In this document: positions 8,712 through 18,782 of the stretch, piece after piece
How positions within the stretch are numbered: the first letter of the stretch is position 1
Layout: each line of letters begins with the position of its first letter
IMG/VR virus record: IMGVR_UViG_3300036853_000417
Coordinates: 1-64,000 of that record
Reading direction: 5' to 3' (one strand)
Origin: a virus
Length of the DNA: 64,000 nt
Notes under the pieces: model-generated
Told to the model about the DNA's origin: nothing
Database searches by the model: none
What the model saw: the letters and a program-made list of their open reading frames with translations, nothing else
Position numbers and translations under genes: made by a program

Positions 8712-9712
8712 GTTTCAATCGCTCAGTCGCGAAAAACCTTATTGCCACTTCACTTCTAAAGTAGATTTTCTGTTGTTCTGTGTTGTTTCAATCGCTCAGT
8801 CGCGAAAAACCTTATTGCCACGCTGAGATGCTTACACGTTGCCTCAAGATCAGTTATGTTTCAATCGCTCAGTCGCGAAAAACCTTATTGCCACCCCGCT
8901 TAATAATGTAGTTCCCACGAGGCTCTTTTTCGTTTCAATCGCTCAGTCGCGAAAAACCTTATTGCCACCATTGCAGATATTGTGCTTGAGAAGTACCTGG
9001 GACAGAGTTTCAATCGCTCAGTCGCGAAAAACCTTATTGCCACCATTGCAGATATTGTGCTTGAGAAGTACCTGGGACAGAGTTTCAATCGCTCAGTCGC
9101 GAAAAACCTTATTGCCACCTTACGTCAGAAAGGGTTGCCTGAAGAAACTGCTGACGAGTTTCAATCGCTCAGTCGCGAAAAACCTTATTGCCACTTCACT
9201 TCTAAAGTAGATTTTCTGTTGTTCTGTGTTGTTTCAATCGCTCAGTCGCGAAAAACCTTATTGCCACAAGTTTCAATGCCTCCTGCCGAGGAGGTAATGG
9301 AAATGTTTCAATCGCTCAGTCGCGAAAAACCTTATTGCCACTATTCCTCGCATTGCTAGATCGAACATGAATGCGATCAGTTTCAATCGCTCAGTCGCGA
9401 AAAACCTTATTGCCACTCATAGCCTGGCGTATCCAGAATGGTGCCATCCGGTCGGTTTCAATCGCTCAGTCGCGAAAAACCTTATTGCCACTGCGCGACG
9501 TCGCGCAAATTCAAGTTGCACTGCCACCGTTTCAATCGCTCAGTCGCGAAAAACCTTATTGCCACTGCAAGGAGGTTGAAATTCATATGCTCCTCCGGTC
9601 AGTTTCAATCGCTCAGTCGCGAAAAACCTTATTGCCACAGACAGATTATGCGTCTCTCCAAGTCGGATTATTGCCGTTTCAATCGCTCAGTCGCGAAAAA
9701 CCTTATTGCCAC
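8712..9712 (-). CRISPR. CRISPR array 2: 14 identical 37-bp repeats (minus strand GTGGCAATAAGGTTTTTCGCGACTGAGCGATTGAAAC), 13 spacers plus one partial unit
   Basis: Repeats start at 8712, 8785, 8858, 8932, 9007, 9082, 9158, 9231, 9305, 9380, 9455, 9529, 9602, 9676. Spacers 36-39 bp. TCGC/GCGA stem before the ATTGAAAC handle; leader on the right. Confidence 0.98.
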
Positions 9713-9900
9713 CCCCGCCTCTCACTAGGATAGCACCACAAGCCACTTCATGCAACCCTTTGCGAGAGCCTCTTTACAGAGGAGCTTTTCGAGCCACGAT
9801 AAACGCATCCCTAAAGGGTCAAATGCGTGTTAAGTCGCTTGCAGAGTATTCCGAGAGGCTACGCTCAACACCCACACAGCCAAGCCTCTCGCAACAGGAG
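9713..9900 (-). promoter_or_regulatory. CRISPR array 2 leader
   Basis: Non-coding; inverted repeat TTGCGAGAG (9760-9768) / CTCTCGCAA (9886-9894) plus CCGAGAGG at 9851. Confidence 0.7.
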
Positions 9901-10884
9901 AAACACCTACGAAATCCCCGCATTCACCACAATCTTTAATAGCGCGTGTCGGGCTGAAGATTGTACCCAAGTTTGGCTCTCCACCACTTTTGGTGCTCAT
10001 GCTATTGTTGAGCTATGAGCACGTAGTATGAAACCGCTGCTGGAGCGGATGAAGGTCTTCAAGCTATCATGCTGATGAGCTTTTTGCACCAAAATCGCGG
10101 AAGAGCCGGCGCGTCTGTTGTGATTGCGTATGCAAGTGCGAACCGACGTTTATGGTGACAATAGCCACTACCTGATACACAAGAGTTGATGTAGCTACAC
10201 CGTGCTAATGCACAAGAAAAGTGAGAAACAGGACCATTTACTTTTTCTGCTGCTGATGTTATAATGCTTCGGTGATTAGTGCTAATAATCACCGAAGTCG
10301 AACAAAAATTCTCAAGAAGAGAAACCATTATGAGCCAAAAACGACACCTGGAGGTCTTATTCAATAGAGATAGGTATCTCAAGTCGAATACTGAAACAGT
10401 AATGGCAAGATTCCCTCATTTACGAGGAATGACTAGTACGAGATACTTTTACATTATGGAATCTATGCTCAGCGAATTTTCTGAGGAAGATAAACAGTTT
10501 CTCGATTACTGTATAGAAACAATGATTCTTCAACAATGGAGATGTGAGCAAGCATAGAAGAGGTTCGTTATTATGAACTGGCAGAAAAGAAGCATTGAGT
10601 ATATCTGGTTACACACATGGTTGCTTTCAAGTATCATAACAACCCTCTTTTCTCAATTGCAGTATCCAGGGATACGGTTCGTTTTTGTTGATTGCATTGG
10701 CTGCATTCTTCTTTTCTTAATGGCTTTTGTAATTGTCTATATTTCCTGTCAGTCCATCCTGGATTGGAAACCGCTTCCAGTTCAACGTCTTGTAAATGAA
10801 AGTAGTTTCATTATTTTTGCACACGCTGTGACTGGCATTTATCTGTTTTGCTTCCTGGGAATAGGATGGTAAATAGGAGATTTT

Positions 10885-11364
10885 ATGATTTGGAAGATAT
10901 CTACCATTGATCAGGCGTTTATCAATGCGTGGAGTAATGCAGGAGAACCTGATCAACACATAATAGATACCTATTTAGAGAGGAAGCAACTACGCCAAAA
11001 ACCGATGAGGCATGTTGGTGTTCAGCGTTGGTATTATCTGCTTTCTGATAATCCTCGCATCCGTCTGTTGACGCTTGGACGCCCATTAGTCGAATGGATA
11101 GGGTTGTCTGGTAAAATACAGGTCGGAACCAATGAGATTATTGGGGAGTTCGCTGGCAATCGAGACTACGTGGGACAACGTGGATTGCAGATCGGCCTGC
11201 GTCCAGCAGAATGGTTACAAGGACAAGATAAGACCTTTGCTTTAGGATCATCTCTCTTTGAAGAGATTTCTGAACAGATCCTGGATAGTCGGAGCATTGA
11301 CCGTGTACAGAGCGACATTCAATCCAGATATCAATGGGAAAAGAGGCGTAACCATGACCGATAG
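10885..11364 (+). CDS. Hypothetical protein
   Basis: AGGAGA RBS; part of the 10.3-15.6 kb operon. Confidence 0.7.
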   Translation: MIWKISTIDQAFINAWSNAGEPDQHIIDTYLERKQLRQKPMRHVGVQRWYYLLSDNPRIRLLTLGRPLVEWIGLSGKIQVGTNEIIGEFAGNRDYVGQRGLQIGLRPAEWLQGQDKTFALGSSLFEEISEQILDSRSIDRVQSDIQSRYQWEKRRNHDR

Positions 11365-11764
11365 CATGTTTGAAGATGTTGCAGGCATGTCTGCAATTCT
11401 TGTTGCGTTGGCACTTGAGGCACAAAAGACCATGCCTCGTGCCAGGAAGATGGAATGGGCAACGGAGCTTATCGGTGATCTTGTCCTATTCCATGAGGCT
11501 GCACCAATCATCAGGAGGCTTGAGCAATATACAAAGCAGACACTCCTGAGTCCTACACCGGCAAATCATTTTAGTATAGCACAGGCAAGACGTTTGCTTC
11601 ATTGTGATAGTGAAGAGCTACTTATCACGACAACCGATGCCTTACCTGTTTTTTCGACTATGATTGCCATGTATAATAAAAAAGGAGTTAGTGCGTTTAA
11701 TGAATTTCGCACGAACCTCTGGCATGCAGTCGGAACATATGTTCCACATTACCGGAGAGAATAA
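11354..11764 (+). CDS. Hypothetical protein
   Basis: Likely start MTDSMF after GAGG. Confidence 0.65.
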   Translation: MTDSMFEDVAGMSAILVALALEAQKTMPRARKMEWATELIGDLVLFHEAAPIIRRLEQYTKQTLLSPTPANHFSIAQARRLLHCDSEELLITTTDALPVFSTMIAMYNKKGVSAFNEFRTNLWHAVGTYVPHYRRE

Positions 11765-11788
11765 CGGTGTACGTAGAAAGGGAGAGTT

Positions 11789-12256
11789 ATGGATATTACA
11801 AAAGAATTTGAAAAAGCAAAAGAGGTATTATTGCGAGATGGATCGTTTGATCCTCTTCTTTGTGTTGAGTTTGCATTGAATGGAATACACTATTTCCCAT
11901 TCAATGAATTTCCATTTAGCATCACACTGGAACGCCAGGCTTTCTTTTTCTCAATTGGAGGAATACTTGCTACGCGCTATAAGGATGATGAATTGCGCCA
12001 GGTGTGTTTCATTGTGGAAATGTGGACCAGTGCAAGGGAATGCAAAGCATCGCAAGATCCTGAAAGGAAAGAGGCTCTCATGGCACAGGTGATGAATGTT
12101 GAAGGATCACGCACCTCTTTTTCAGTATATTGCGCTGAAATACTGAGGATGAGGAATACTATTGATCTTCTACCTTATCAAAATATGGAAGTGGTTTTAA
12201 ACAATCTTCTTCCATACCTACTTCATGGATTCCGTACAACCTATAAAGGAGAATAA
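11789..12256 (+). CDS. Hypothetical protein
   Basis: ORF with RBS. Confidence 0.7.
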   Translation: MDITKEFEKAKEVLLRDGSFDPLLCVEFALNGIHYFPFNEFPFSITLERQAFFFSIGGILATRYKDDELRQVCFIVEMWTSARECKASQDPERKEALMAQVMNVEGSRTSFSVYCAEILRMRNTIDLLPYQNMEVVLNNLLPYLLHGFRTTYKGE

Positions 12257-12825
12257 TGAATACAATTGCAGCTATCGTATTTGATATTGATGGTATCCTT
12301 GTTCATCCTGATGCCAGAATTGATGAGGCACTTCGTTTTTATATGAAAACTATCCCCGACGAGCTCGCTGTTCTCAGGACAAGAAAACATGCAGAAGAGA
12401 GTCCAATTTACTGGGGAAAGGTATTTGATCCAGGACTACTTGTGCTTGATACCCCTGTCCCAGAAGCAGCAGAGGCTATCAATCAGTTATCTCATGGACG
12501 CAAAGTCTGGTTCCAGACATCACGACCGGATTCCATGAGGGATGCGACAAGAGACCAACTGATCAGGCATGGGTTTCTCACAACATATCATCTTCCAGAA
12601 GTGTTGATGATGAAACCAACTGATATGCGGATTTACACAGAATTACTCAAGGCAGTTCAAGTTCATGAGAGGGTATGGAGAGATGGCATACGTGACCTGA
12701 TAGTCATTGATGACAAACAGAAAAATCTTGATGCTATCTTGAAATATCTGCCTGTGTGGTGCAATGCACGAGGATATTTGAATCTGTCTGACGCTATGGG
12801 AAAGGAGAAACAACTTGATGGGTAA
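12256..12825 (+). CDS. HAD-superfamily phosphatase (PNKP-phosphatase-like)
   Basis: VFDIDG motif I, TSRP motif II, VIDD motif IV. Confidence 0.8.
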   Translation: MNTIAAIVFDIDGILVHPDARIDEALRFYMKTIPDELAVLRTRKHAEESPIYWGKVFDPGLLVLDTPVPEAAEAINQLSHGRKVWFQTSRPDSMRDATRDQLIRHGFLTTYHLPEVLMMKPTDMRIYTELLKAVQVHERVWRDGIRDLIVIDDKQKNLDAILKYLPVWCNARGYLNLSDAMGKEKQLDG

Positions 12826-14539
12826 GATGCGTGTATATGAAGTTGGCAAACACTTTATCAAAGGAGCAATAACACCGGGAACCCATTTCAATTACCAAAA
12901 TGGGAGACTTGTGCTCGAACTGTATCTTGATCAACTAACAGCAAGTAATATACAGGCTATCGAGACAGGCAAATGTGAATTTGCTCTGACAATAGTTGAG
13001 GATGTTATCTTCCTCCTTTCCAGGTTCGGTACCATGTTACCGTGGTTTGATTCCCCCTATTCCATTCATCTCTTAGAAGAAGGGGACCGGATAGTCCCGC
13101 CTATTCTGGAATCAGAAGAGATGGCAGAACTCACCATATTCCTTGTGTCCTCTGAAGATGGTGTTTTGCGAGCAATCCGGCGTATTCATCTCGGCCATAC
13201 ATTTAGCGTTATGCTCTTTGATGCAATCAGAGTACAGCTCGATATGCCATTTAATAGAGAGGCATACGATAATAGAATTACCACACTTTATGGATTATAC
13301 AGCTCGAATGATCTTGCACAAATGTCCATTATACGTTGCATAGTTGATGCAAGAACAACTAAAAGAGCAAAACATATTCCTCACAAAGATAGCGATAAGC
13401 CACTTATTGAGAAGTACCTGACATACTTACGAATTGCCCATGAGGAAGCATTAGCGCGTATCAAACGTCGTACTCTATCACATGATTTGTATGATTTCAA
13501 TCTTGCGATGGCAAGATTGACCAGTCAGATTTACACCAATATGGCTGAGAAAGCCGTGAAGTATGAACTGGCTCGCAGTGGACAAAATATGACAGAGGTA
13601 CTGCGCCCCAGGCCCCTCATGAAAGAAGACATGGGGTTGCGTCATTTGATGGATATTGCTAACGAGAAATATTCCCTTGATCCAGATATCCCCACTCCTA
13701 TCTTACATATTCCAGATACGCCTATTTGGATTACGCTCGAACAACCCATCGAAATCAATACCGGACTGATAACAGGTCTCTTTTTTTGCTGTCCTGACCG
13801 TGAATTTGAAGACATGTTAAAGCAAAAACAGACAGCGGTCATGCAGCAGGTAATAAAGGAAGCAATCAAATATCCTGATGAAGACTATCGATGGAGTCTT
13901 TCCTTTATTGATTCTGATGGGGTCCCCCATTCACATTATCAGTACTATGAACAAGCACAGAAATGGGAAATTATTCCAGATAGACAGTTCGTTCCCTGTC
14001 CTACTGATAAGTGTACTTCTTATGAAGAATCTCATAAAGAAAGAAGATATCAACATATTTGCCCCTGTCCCTACTGTAGCGCGATCCTTGCTTACTGGAG
14101 GAGCTGGTTTGTTACGGCGCTTCTGGTTGTTGGTCGTGAATTTGCTGCTAATGAGGAAGAGGCATGGCCTGAGAAGACGGAGAATTATAGGAGAAAGGTG
14201 AAGCGTCCAGGGAGCGGAAAGTATGATGAAGTGCCGGTCACTCATACCTACCATTATGTCAGCTTTGACGCGTGTATAAAACGAGCATACCCTCCACAAG
14301 ATCACAAGCCTGTGTCGCGCGGCTCGTGGGTAGCAGATGCACAACAGATAGATCCTGAGAGCGTCATCTACATTCGGCGCAATTTTGGGAAGAGTGACCG
14401 CTTACTTGATCCAGAGCGAAATCCTCGATGGAAAACAAAGAGAGTTGTGCCCGTGAAAGCGCACGAGAAATGCGTGCCTATGAGAGTAGAGAGTGTGCAG
14501 AAGTACATTTACCATGTATTTGCCTCGAAGTATGAGTGA
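12815..14539 (+). CDS. Hypothetical 574-aa protein with a Cys cluster
   Basis: Long ORF; CPTDKC...ICPCPYC; family not recognised. Confidence 0.8.
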   Translation: MMGKMRVYEVGKHFIKGAITPGTHFNYQNGRLVLELYLDQLTASNIQAIETGKCEFALTIVEDVIFLLSRFGTMLPWFDSPYSIHLLEEGDRIVPPILESEEMAELTIFLVSSEDGVLRAIRRIHLGHTFSVMLFDAIRVQLDMPFNREAYDNRITTLYGLYSSNDLAQMSIIRCIVDARTTKRAKHIPHKDSDKPLIEKYLTYLRIAHEEALARIKRRTLSHDLYDFNLAMARLTSQIYTNMAEKAVKYELARSGQNMTEVLRPRPLMKEDMGLRHLMDIANEKYSLDPDIPTPILHIPDTPIWITLEQPIEINTGLITGLFFCCPDREFEDMLKQKQTAVMQQVIKEAIKYPDEDYRWSLSFIDSDGVPHSHYQYYEQAQKWEIIPDRQFVPCPTDKCTSYEESHKERRYQHICPCPYCSAILAYWRSWFVTALLVVGREFAANEEEAWPEKTENYRRKVKRPGSGKYDEVPVTHTYHYVSFDACIKRAYPPQDHKPVSRGSWVADAQQIDPESVIYIRRNFGKSDRLLDPERNPRWKTKRVVPVKAHEKCVPMRVESVQKYIYHVFASKYE

Positions 14540-14564
14540 TATAATAAGAAAGCAGGGACAGCAC

Positions 14565-15641
14565 ATGACTGAGCTTATGAGGTATGGTCAAGATCCACTG
14601 GCAGTGGCGGGTGCAATGGCAAATCAGCAGGCTGAAGAGGGCAAACTTTCACGATATCAGGAACTTCTGTCTCCTGATACTCTCAGGAGACAACGGGCAG
14701 ATCTCATGCTTTTTCAACGATATCTGGCCGAAAAGCGGAATGTGGTTCTGACAGGTCTCTTTGAAGATCTCTCAGAATGGCAGGGAATTACCTATGGACT
14801 GGTGGAGGATTACAAGCGGTGGCAGAAGGAAGAAGGATATGCACTTACCTCGGTTGCAATACGCCTGACGACTATACATGTCTATGCACGATTGGCCTTT
14901 GAAATTGGCCATATCCCTTTAGAAGAATACCTCAAGATCAAGGAGGTGAGAGGGGATAGCCAGCGGCATCGGCAGGCTATCGATGAGGGGAGACCAGTAA
15001 ATAAACGGAGGCGTCCGAATGCCAAACGCGCGGAGCCAATTATCCTATCTGCCAGCCAATGTCGCGCAATCAGGCAGGCTCTCCTGGATAAAATGAACTT
15101 CTGTACGAAATCTGAGTACTGTATGGCTGTACGAGATCTTGCCCTGTTCACCCTACTGTGTTATCAGGGCTTTCGGGTAGGGGAGGTTGTCAGGTTGTGC
15201 CGTAATGAGGTGCACTTAGATCGCGGCCTGATTATTGTGCATAGGCACAAGGTCAGGATAGAACAAAAACACGAACTTCATCCTCTAACTCTATCCGCAC
15301 TCAAAATGTATCTGGAGATAGTTAAAACACGAATATTGCTCTTTGAAGGGACAGATCGAGACCCTTGCATTCTTAATGGAAAGACATATACCGGATCGCG
15401 TGCGATTGATGGTATGGATGAGGACTCTGTTGCATATCGAATTGAAAAGTGCGGCCTGATGATTGGTATAGAGGGCCTGGCACCACATGACCTTAGACAT
15501 TCCTGGGCGAATGATTTAGCTGAGAATGGTACACCGATTGAAGTACTCAAAGAGGCGGGTGGATGGGCAACATATCAGATGCCAGAGCACTATAAAGGAA
15601 AAGCGAAAATTGCAAATAAAGGAGTCAGGCAATCTTCTTGA
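14565..15641 (+). CDS. Tyrosine recombinase/integrase
   Basis: RDLALF...GFRVGEV, PHDLRHSWA, GGW...MPEHY catalytic R-H-R-W-Y set. Confidence 0.92.
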   Translation: MTELMRYGQDPLAVAGAMANQQAEEGKLSRYQELLSPDTLRRQRADLMLFQRYLAEKRNVVLTGLFEDLSEWQGITYGLVEDYKRWQKEEGYALTSVAIRLTTIHVYARLAFEIGHIPLEEYLKIKEVRGDSQRHRQAIDEGRPVNKRRRPNAKRAEPIILSASQCRAIRQALLDKMNFCTKSEYCMAVRDLALFTLLCYQGFRVGEVVRLCRNEVHLDRGLIIVHRHKVRIEQKHELHPLTLSALKMYLEIVKTRILLFEGTDRDPCILNGKTYTGSRAIDGMDEDSVAYRIEKCGLMIGIEGLAPHDLRHSWANDLAENGTPIEVLKEAGGWATYQMPEHYKGKAKIANKGVRQSS

Positions 15642-15848
15642 TTGTCGTGTTTGTTCTGTTCTTTACACTTAAAAGAAAGATTCCTTTTGATGTGTATCTG
15701 TCTTCTCTCCCAGGACAGATCTTAAAAGCACCAGTAATTACTGATGCTTTTATTTTTTACCCTTACTTTTTATTTGTAAATAGCGTATATTAAAGAGAAT
15801 ATATCTCGTGATACCGTTGTTTTACAGAGCTAAAGGAATAAAAAGACA

Positions 15849-16235
15849 ATGAGTGCCATAAACTATCCTGATGGCCGTCGCTATCGACCTGCCATTCAGC
15901 AAGAACAGAAAAAGAAACTATCCAAGTATCGCAACCGCAAGACCGAGTACATGGGTATCCACTTCGCTAGCCAGAAGGAAAAGAATCGCTACCAGGAATT
16001 ATTGCTCCTTGAACGAGCGGGGCTAATCAAAAACATTGAACTACAGCCTCGATATGATCTGGTAGTTAACGGGCACAAGCTTGGATTTTACCGAGGGGAC
16101 TTTCGTTACGAAGATGTGGCAACCGACTCCGTAATTCTAGAGGACGTAAAGAGTCCAGCAACAAAAACAGCGGTCTATCAACTCAAGAAGAAGCTCGTCA
16201 AAGCACTATATGGAGTAGATATTGTAGAGGTATAA
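15849..16235 (+). CDS. DUF1064 family PD-(D/E)XK nuclease-like protein
   Basis: KYRNRKT...FASQKE...IELQPRY...DFRY...EDVK. Confidence 0.85.
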   Translation: MSAINYPDGRRYRPAIQQEQKKKLSKYRNRKTEYMGIHFASQKEKNRYQELLLLERAGLIKNIELQPRYDLVVNGHKLGFYRGDFRYEDVATDSVILEDVKSPATKTAVYQLKKKLVKALYGVDIVEV

Positions 16236-16297
16236 TCATGCATCTTTCTATGTCGCTCAAGTATGCCCAACCAGATATCGACATGAGCGAAAAATTC

Positions 16298-16348
16298 AAC
16301 CTGCTACACTCTCTGTGACTCTGGCAATCACAGAGAGTGTAGCAGGTT
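16298..16348. terminator. Bidirectional terminator, 21-bp perfect stem
   Basis: AACCTGCTACACTCTCTGTGA / TCACAGAGAGTGTAGCAGGTT between convergent genes. Confidence 0.8.
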
Positions 16349-16362
16349 TTCTATACGGAGGC

Positions 16363-16579
16363 TCAAAAGTATAGGGGGAAATGCGCTTTGATGCTCAACC
16401 TGGCTGAGTGACGATAATGCTCATTCGCCAGAGCTTCCTGCTCAGACTCTTGCTCGCGATCATATTCACCATTCCAATAACAAAAGCGAATGTAGTCGTC
16501 AATCTTCTCTTCTCTCAATTCTTCAGAAAGATCCCCCCCACTTGAGAACGAAACCGAATTGTTCTTCTAACTCTAACAT
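16363..16579 (-). pseudogene. 71-aa acidic protein frameshifted at a G7 tract
   Basis: Removing one G at 16533-16539 gives MLELEEQFGFVLKWGDLSEELREEKIDDYIRF...HFPLYF*. Confidence 0.7.
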
Positions 16580-16725
16580 GATTGTTTCCTCTTTCAGAAC
16601 TTGTGTGTTTTCTTCTTCCATAATGTATCATAACATATACACGTATCAATGTCAAGGCTTTGGAGGCAATTTTGAAAGGTTCTGAAAAATTATGTGTATA
16701 ACTTTTGGGAAGAAAAAGAGGAGCA
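16580..16725 (-). promoter_or_regulatory. Repeated promoter module copy 4
   Basis: TTGACA (rc 16650-16655), 17 bp, TATGAT (rc 16627-16632); palindrome 16685-16706; TTCTGAAAGAGG RBS block. Confidence 0.92.
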
Positions 16726-16851
16726 TTCATGCGAAAGAACCCGTACCGACTGGCTGATATCGATGCCTAAAGGATGCGCACCACAAGGACATGGTGCTTT
16801 TCTTTTAACCTTCCTTCGTAACGTGTTACAATACTCTGTAGGAGGTGACTT

Positions 16852-17274
16852 GTGACCAAATGTGCTTACCAATTATGTGAGAAGGACCTGGACCAGGATC
16901 TAATCGGCAGGCCAAAGCGTTACTGCTCCGATGCACACCGACAGGCAGATTATCGTCGCCGCCATCCTGAGATGACGTATAAAGAGCAGTTGCGTGCTGT
17001 TCGCAGGAGACTCTTTGCATTGGAGCGATTTGCAATCCAGCATGCTCCACCTGGATACCGCTTAGAGCGGAACATTCCAATAATAACACTCACTGAGATG
17101 ATCAGAGATCATGGCATTGCAACCGGGTATGTGGAGAGGGGGACCAAGGATGGTTTGCTCAAACCAGTAGATGGGATGCTTGATGCTCACGAACAGGAAA
17201 AATTTTACCTGTTGTGTGAGGGACAACCAGGCTGGCATGTTTGTTCGGATTGCCCACACGGAGTTATTCCGTAA
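16852..17274 (+). CDS. Zn-binding DNA-binding protein
   Basis: CAYQLC...GRPKRYCSDAHRQADYRRR. Confidence 0.65.
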   Translation: MTKCAYQLCEKDLDQDLIGRPKRYCSDAHRQADYRRRHPEMTYKEQLRAVRRRLFALERFAIQHAPPGYRLERNIPIITLTEMIRDHGIATGYVERGTKDGLLKPVDGMLDAHEQEKFYLLCEGQPGWHVCSDCPHGVIP

Positions 17275-17628
17275 CATGTTACGATTTGCAGGAGGAAGAA
17301 AAAGTCACCTAGCGACCAACTAGGTGACACATGTAAGTTTATATAATACTTTTTTCAGTTTTAGTGCGATGTAGATCCTAAATATTGGGATTCAATGATG
17401 TAGTTTTTGATAATTATGTAAGGTAATGCCTCTCCTGAAGCGGTTTTCCCTGATGGGAGAAAATGAGGATTACATCAGATAATTGTACGATTTTGCCATC
17501 ACTGAATCCGAACATTTACAGGATATCCCCGAACTCTTGCAGCACTTCAGCAATATCATCAATGGCTTGAAAGAATGAAGTTGCCAACTCTGTAGAAAAG
17601 AAAGCAATATTTTAGGAGAAAAAATTCC

Positions 17629-18048
17629 ATGCCGAATAATCAGCTATCAAAACGCGCCCGTACCTTTCTACAAAAACGTAATTTTGCTGTTCTTGCTACT
17701 CACAATGCTGATGGCTCTATTCAGCAGACTACCATGTGGTATTTGCTAAAGGAAGATGGCGAGACAATTGTGATGAATACCAAGGTTGGGCGGTTGAAAG
17801 AGCGGAATATGCGGAATAACCCACAGGTTTCTTTGTGTATCCAATGTAGATATGAGTATGTCACCATTGCCGGTACTGTTACCTTCATTGATGATCCGGT
17901 TATCGGGCAGCGTGATATTCGTAAGCTGGCAGAGCATTACGATGGCAAGCAATCCGCAGCGAAGCAAATGAGAACCCGTTTTTCAAAAGAGAAGAGAGTG
18001 AGTTTACATCTGAAGTTTGAGCGAGTATATGAGTATTTTTCTCAGTGA
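17629..18048 (+). CDS. PPOX-class putative F420-dependent oxidoreductase
   Basis: AVLATHNADGS..TTMWY...GRLKERNMRNNPQVSLC split-barrel motif. Confidence 0.88.
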   Translation: MPNNQLSKRARTFLQKRNFAVLATHNADGSIQQTTMWYLLKEDGETIVMNTKVGRLKERNMRNNPQVSLCIQCRYEYVTIAGTVTFIDDPVIGQRDIRKLAEHYDGKQSAAKQMRTRFSKEKRVSLHLKFERVYEYFSQ

Positions 18049-18161
18049 AAAATGAGAGGCGGGGTTGTTGTGGGTAAGAAGAAGCGTCAGTCATCAGAAC
18101 TATCAAGTATCAATTAGAGGAAGAAAGAGCAGATAGCCAATCAATCTGCTCTTCTTTTTTC

Positions 18162-18782
18162 TTATTTCTGTTCTTTGAAGAAGTTACGTGTTTGCCTGCC
18201 AGCAGTTGCCGTTGTTGCTCCAGCAAGCTGATCAAATGTTGATTGCATCTCTCCACTTGCAAAACTCATGGTATTGCCTGCATACATTCCGAGATCTCCC
18301 GCAACAGACCAGGCATCCTGATCAGCTCCTAAGTAGACAAAGGTCCATGCACCTTTATCCTCGCGCTCTTTTATTCCGGTAGTAATGTCTTTTTTCACGT
18401 ATTCCTTAGAGGCATTTTCCTGCCCATCGGTCATAATGATAACAAGTACGGGATCAGTCCCATAGGGGTGTTCTGGACTTACATCAGGAAATTTCGAGGC
18501 TTGCGCGAAAATGTATCCAATTGCATCATAGAGAGCAGTATGGTTAAGTGGCTGGTAATTCTCTTTGGTGAGCTGAGGTACTTCATCGAGTGCCATGCCA
18601 ATGACCAGAGGGTGAACTTTTGATTCAAACTTGATAATTGAGAGGGAATAGTTATTGCCATCTCCTTTCAATTTCTCAAGATAACTATTGAATCCTCCTC
18701 TAACATCTTCTGCTTTGGGTAACATTGATCCTGATTCATCAATTAAAAAGATTACGCGTGTTGTTATGTTTGCTTCCATCAT
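18162..18782 (-). CDS. vWA domain protein
   Basis: MIDAS motif DESGSM, TALYDAIG, IMTDGQENAS. Confidence 0.9.
   Translation of the reverse strand: MMEANITTRVIFLIDESGSMLPKAEDVRGGFNSYLEKLKGDGNNYSLSIIKFESKVHPLVIGMALDEVPQLTKENYQPLNHTALYDAIGYIFAQASKFPDVSPEHPYGTDPVLVIIMTDGQENASKEYVKKDITTGIKEREDKGAWTFVYLGADQDAWSVAGDLGMYAGNTMSFASGEMQSTFDQLAGATTATAGRQTRNFFKEQK

Noticed and set aside
9492-9507. Perfect 16-bp palindrome TGCGCGACGTCGCGCA within a spacer
   Set aside because: Single GC-rich occurrence with no supporting context.
8712-9712. Type V-K CAST assignment from the GTGGCAA...TTGAAA repeat ends
   Set aside because: No tnsB/tnsC/tniQ/cas12k and no transposon ends seen.
13407-13420. 14-nt match TTGAGAAGTACCTG to the duplicated array 2 spacer (self-targeting?)
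   Set aside because: Flanks do not match; one 14-mer hit among ~22 spacers in 64 kb is plausible by chance.
14565-15700. att site next to the recombinase
   Set aside because: No duplicated core or tRNA fragment identifiable by eye; prophage status undetermined.
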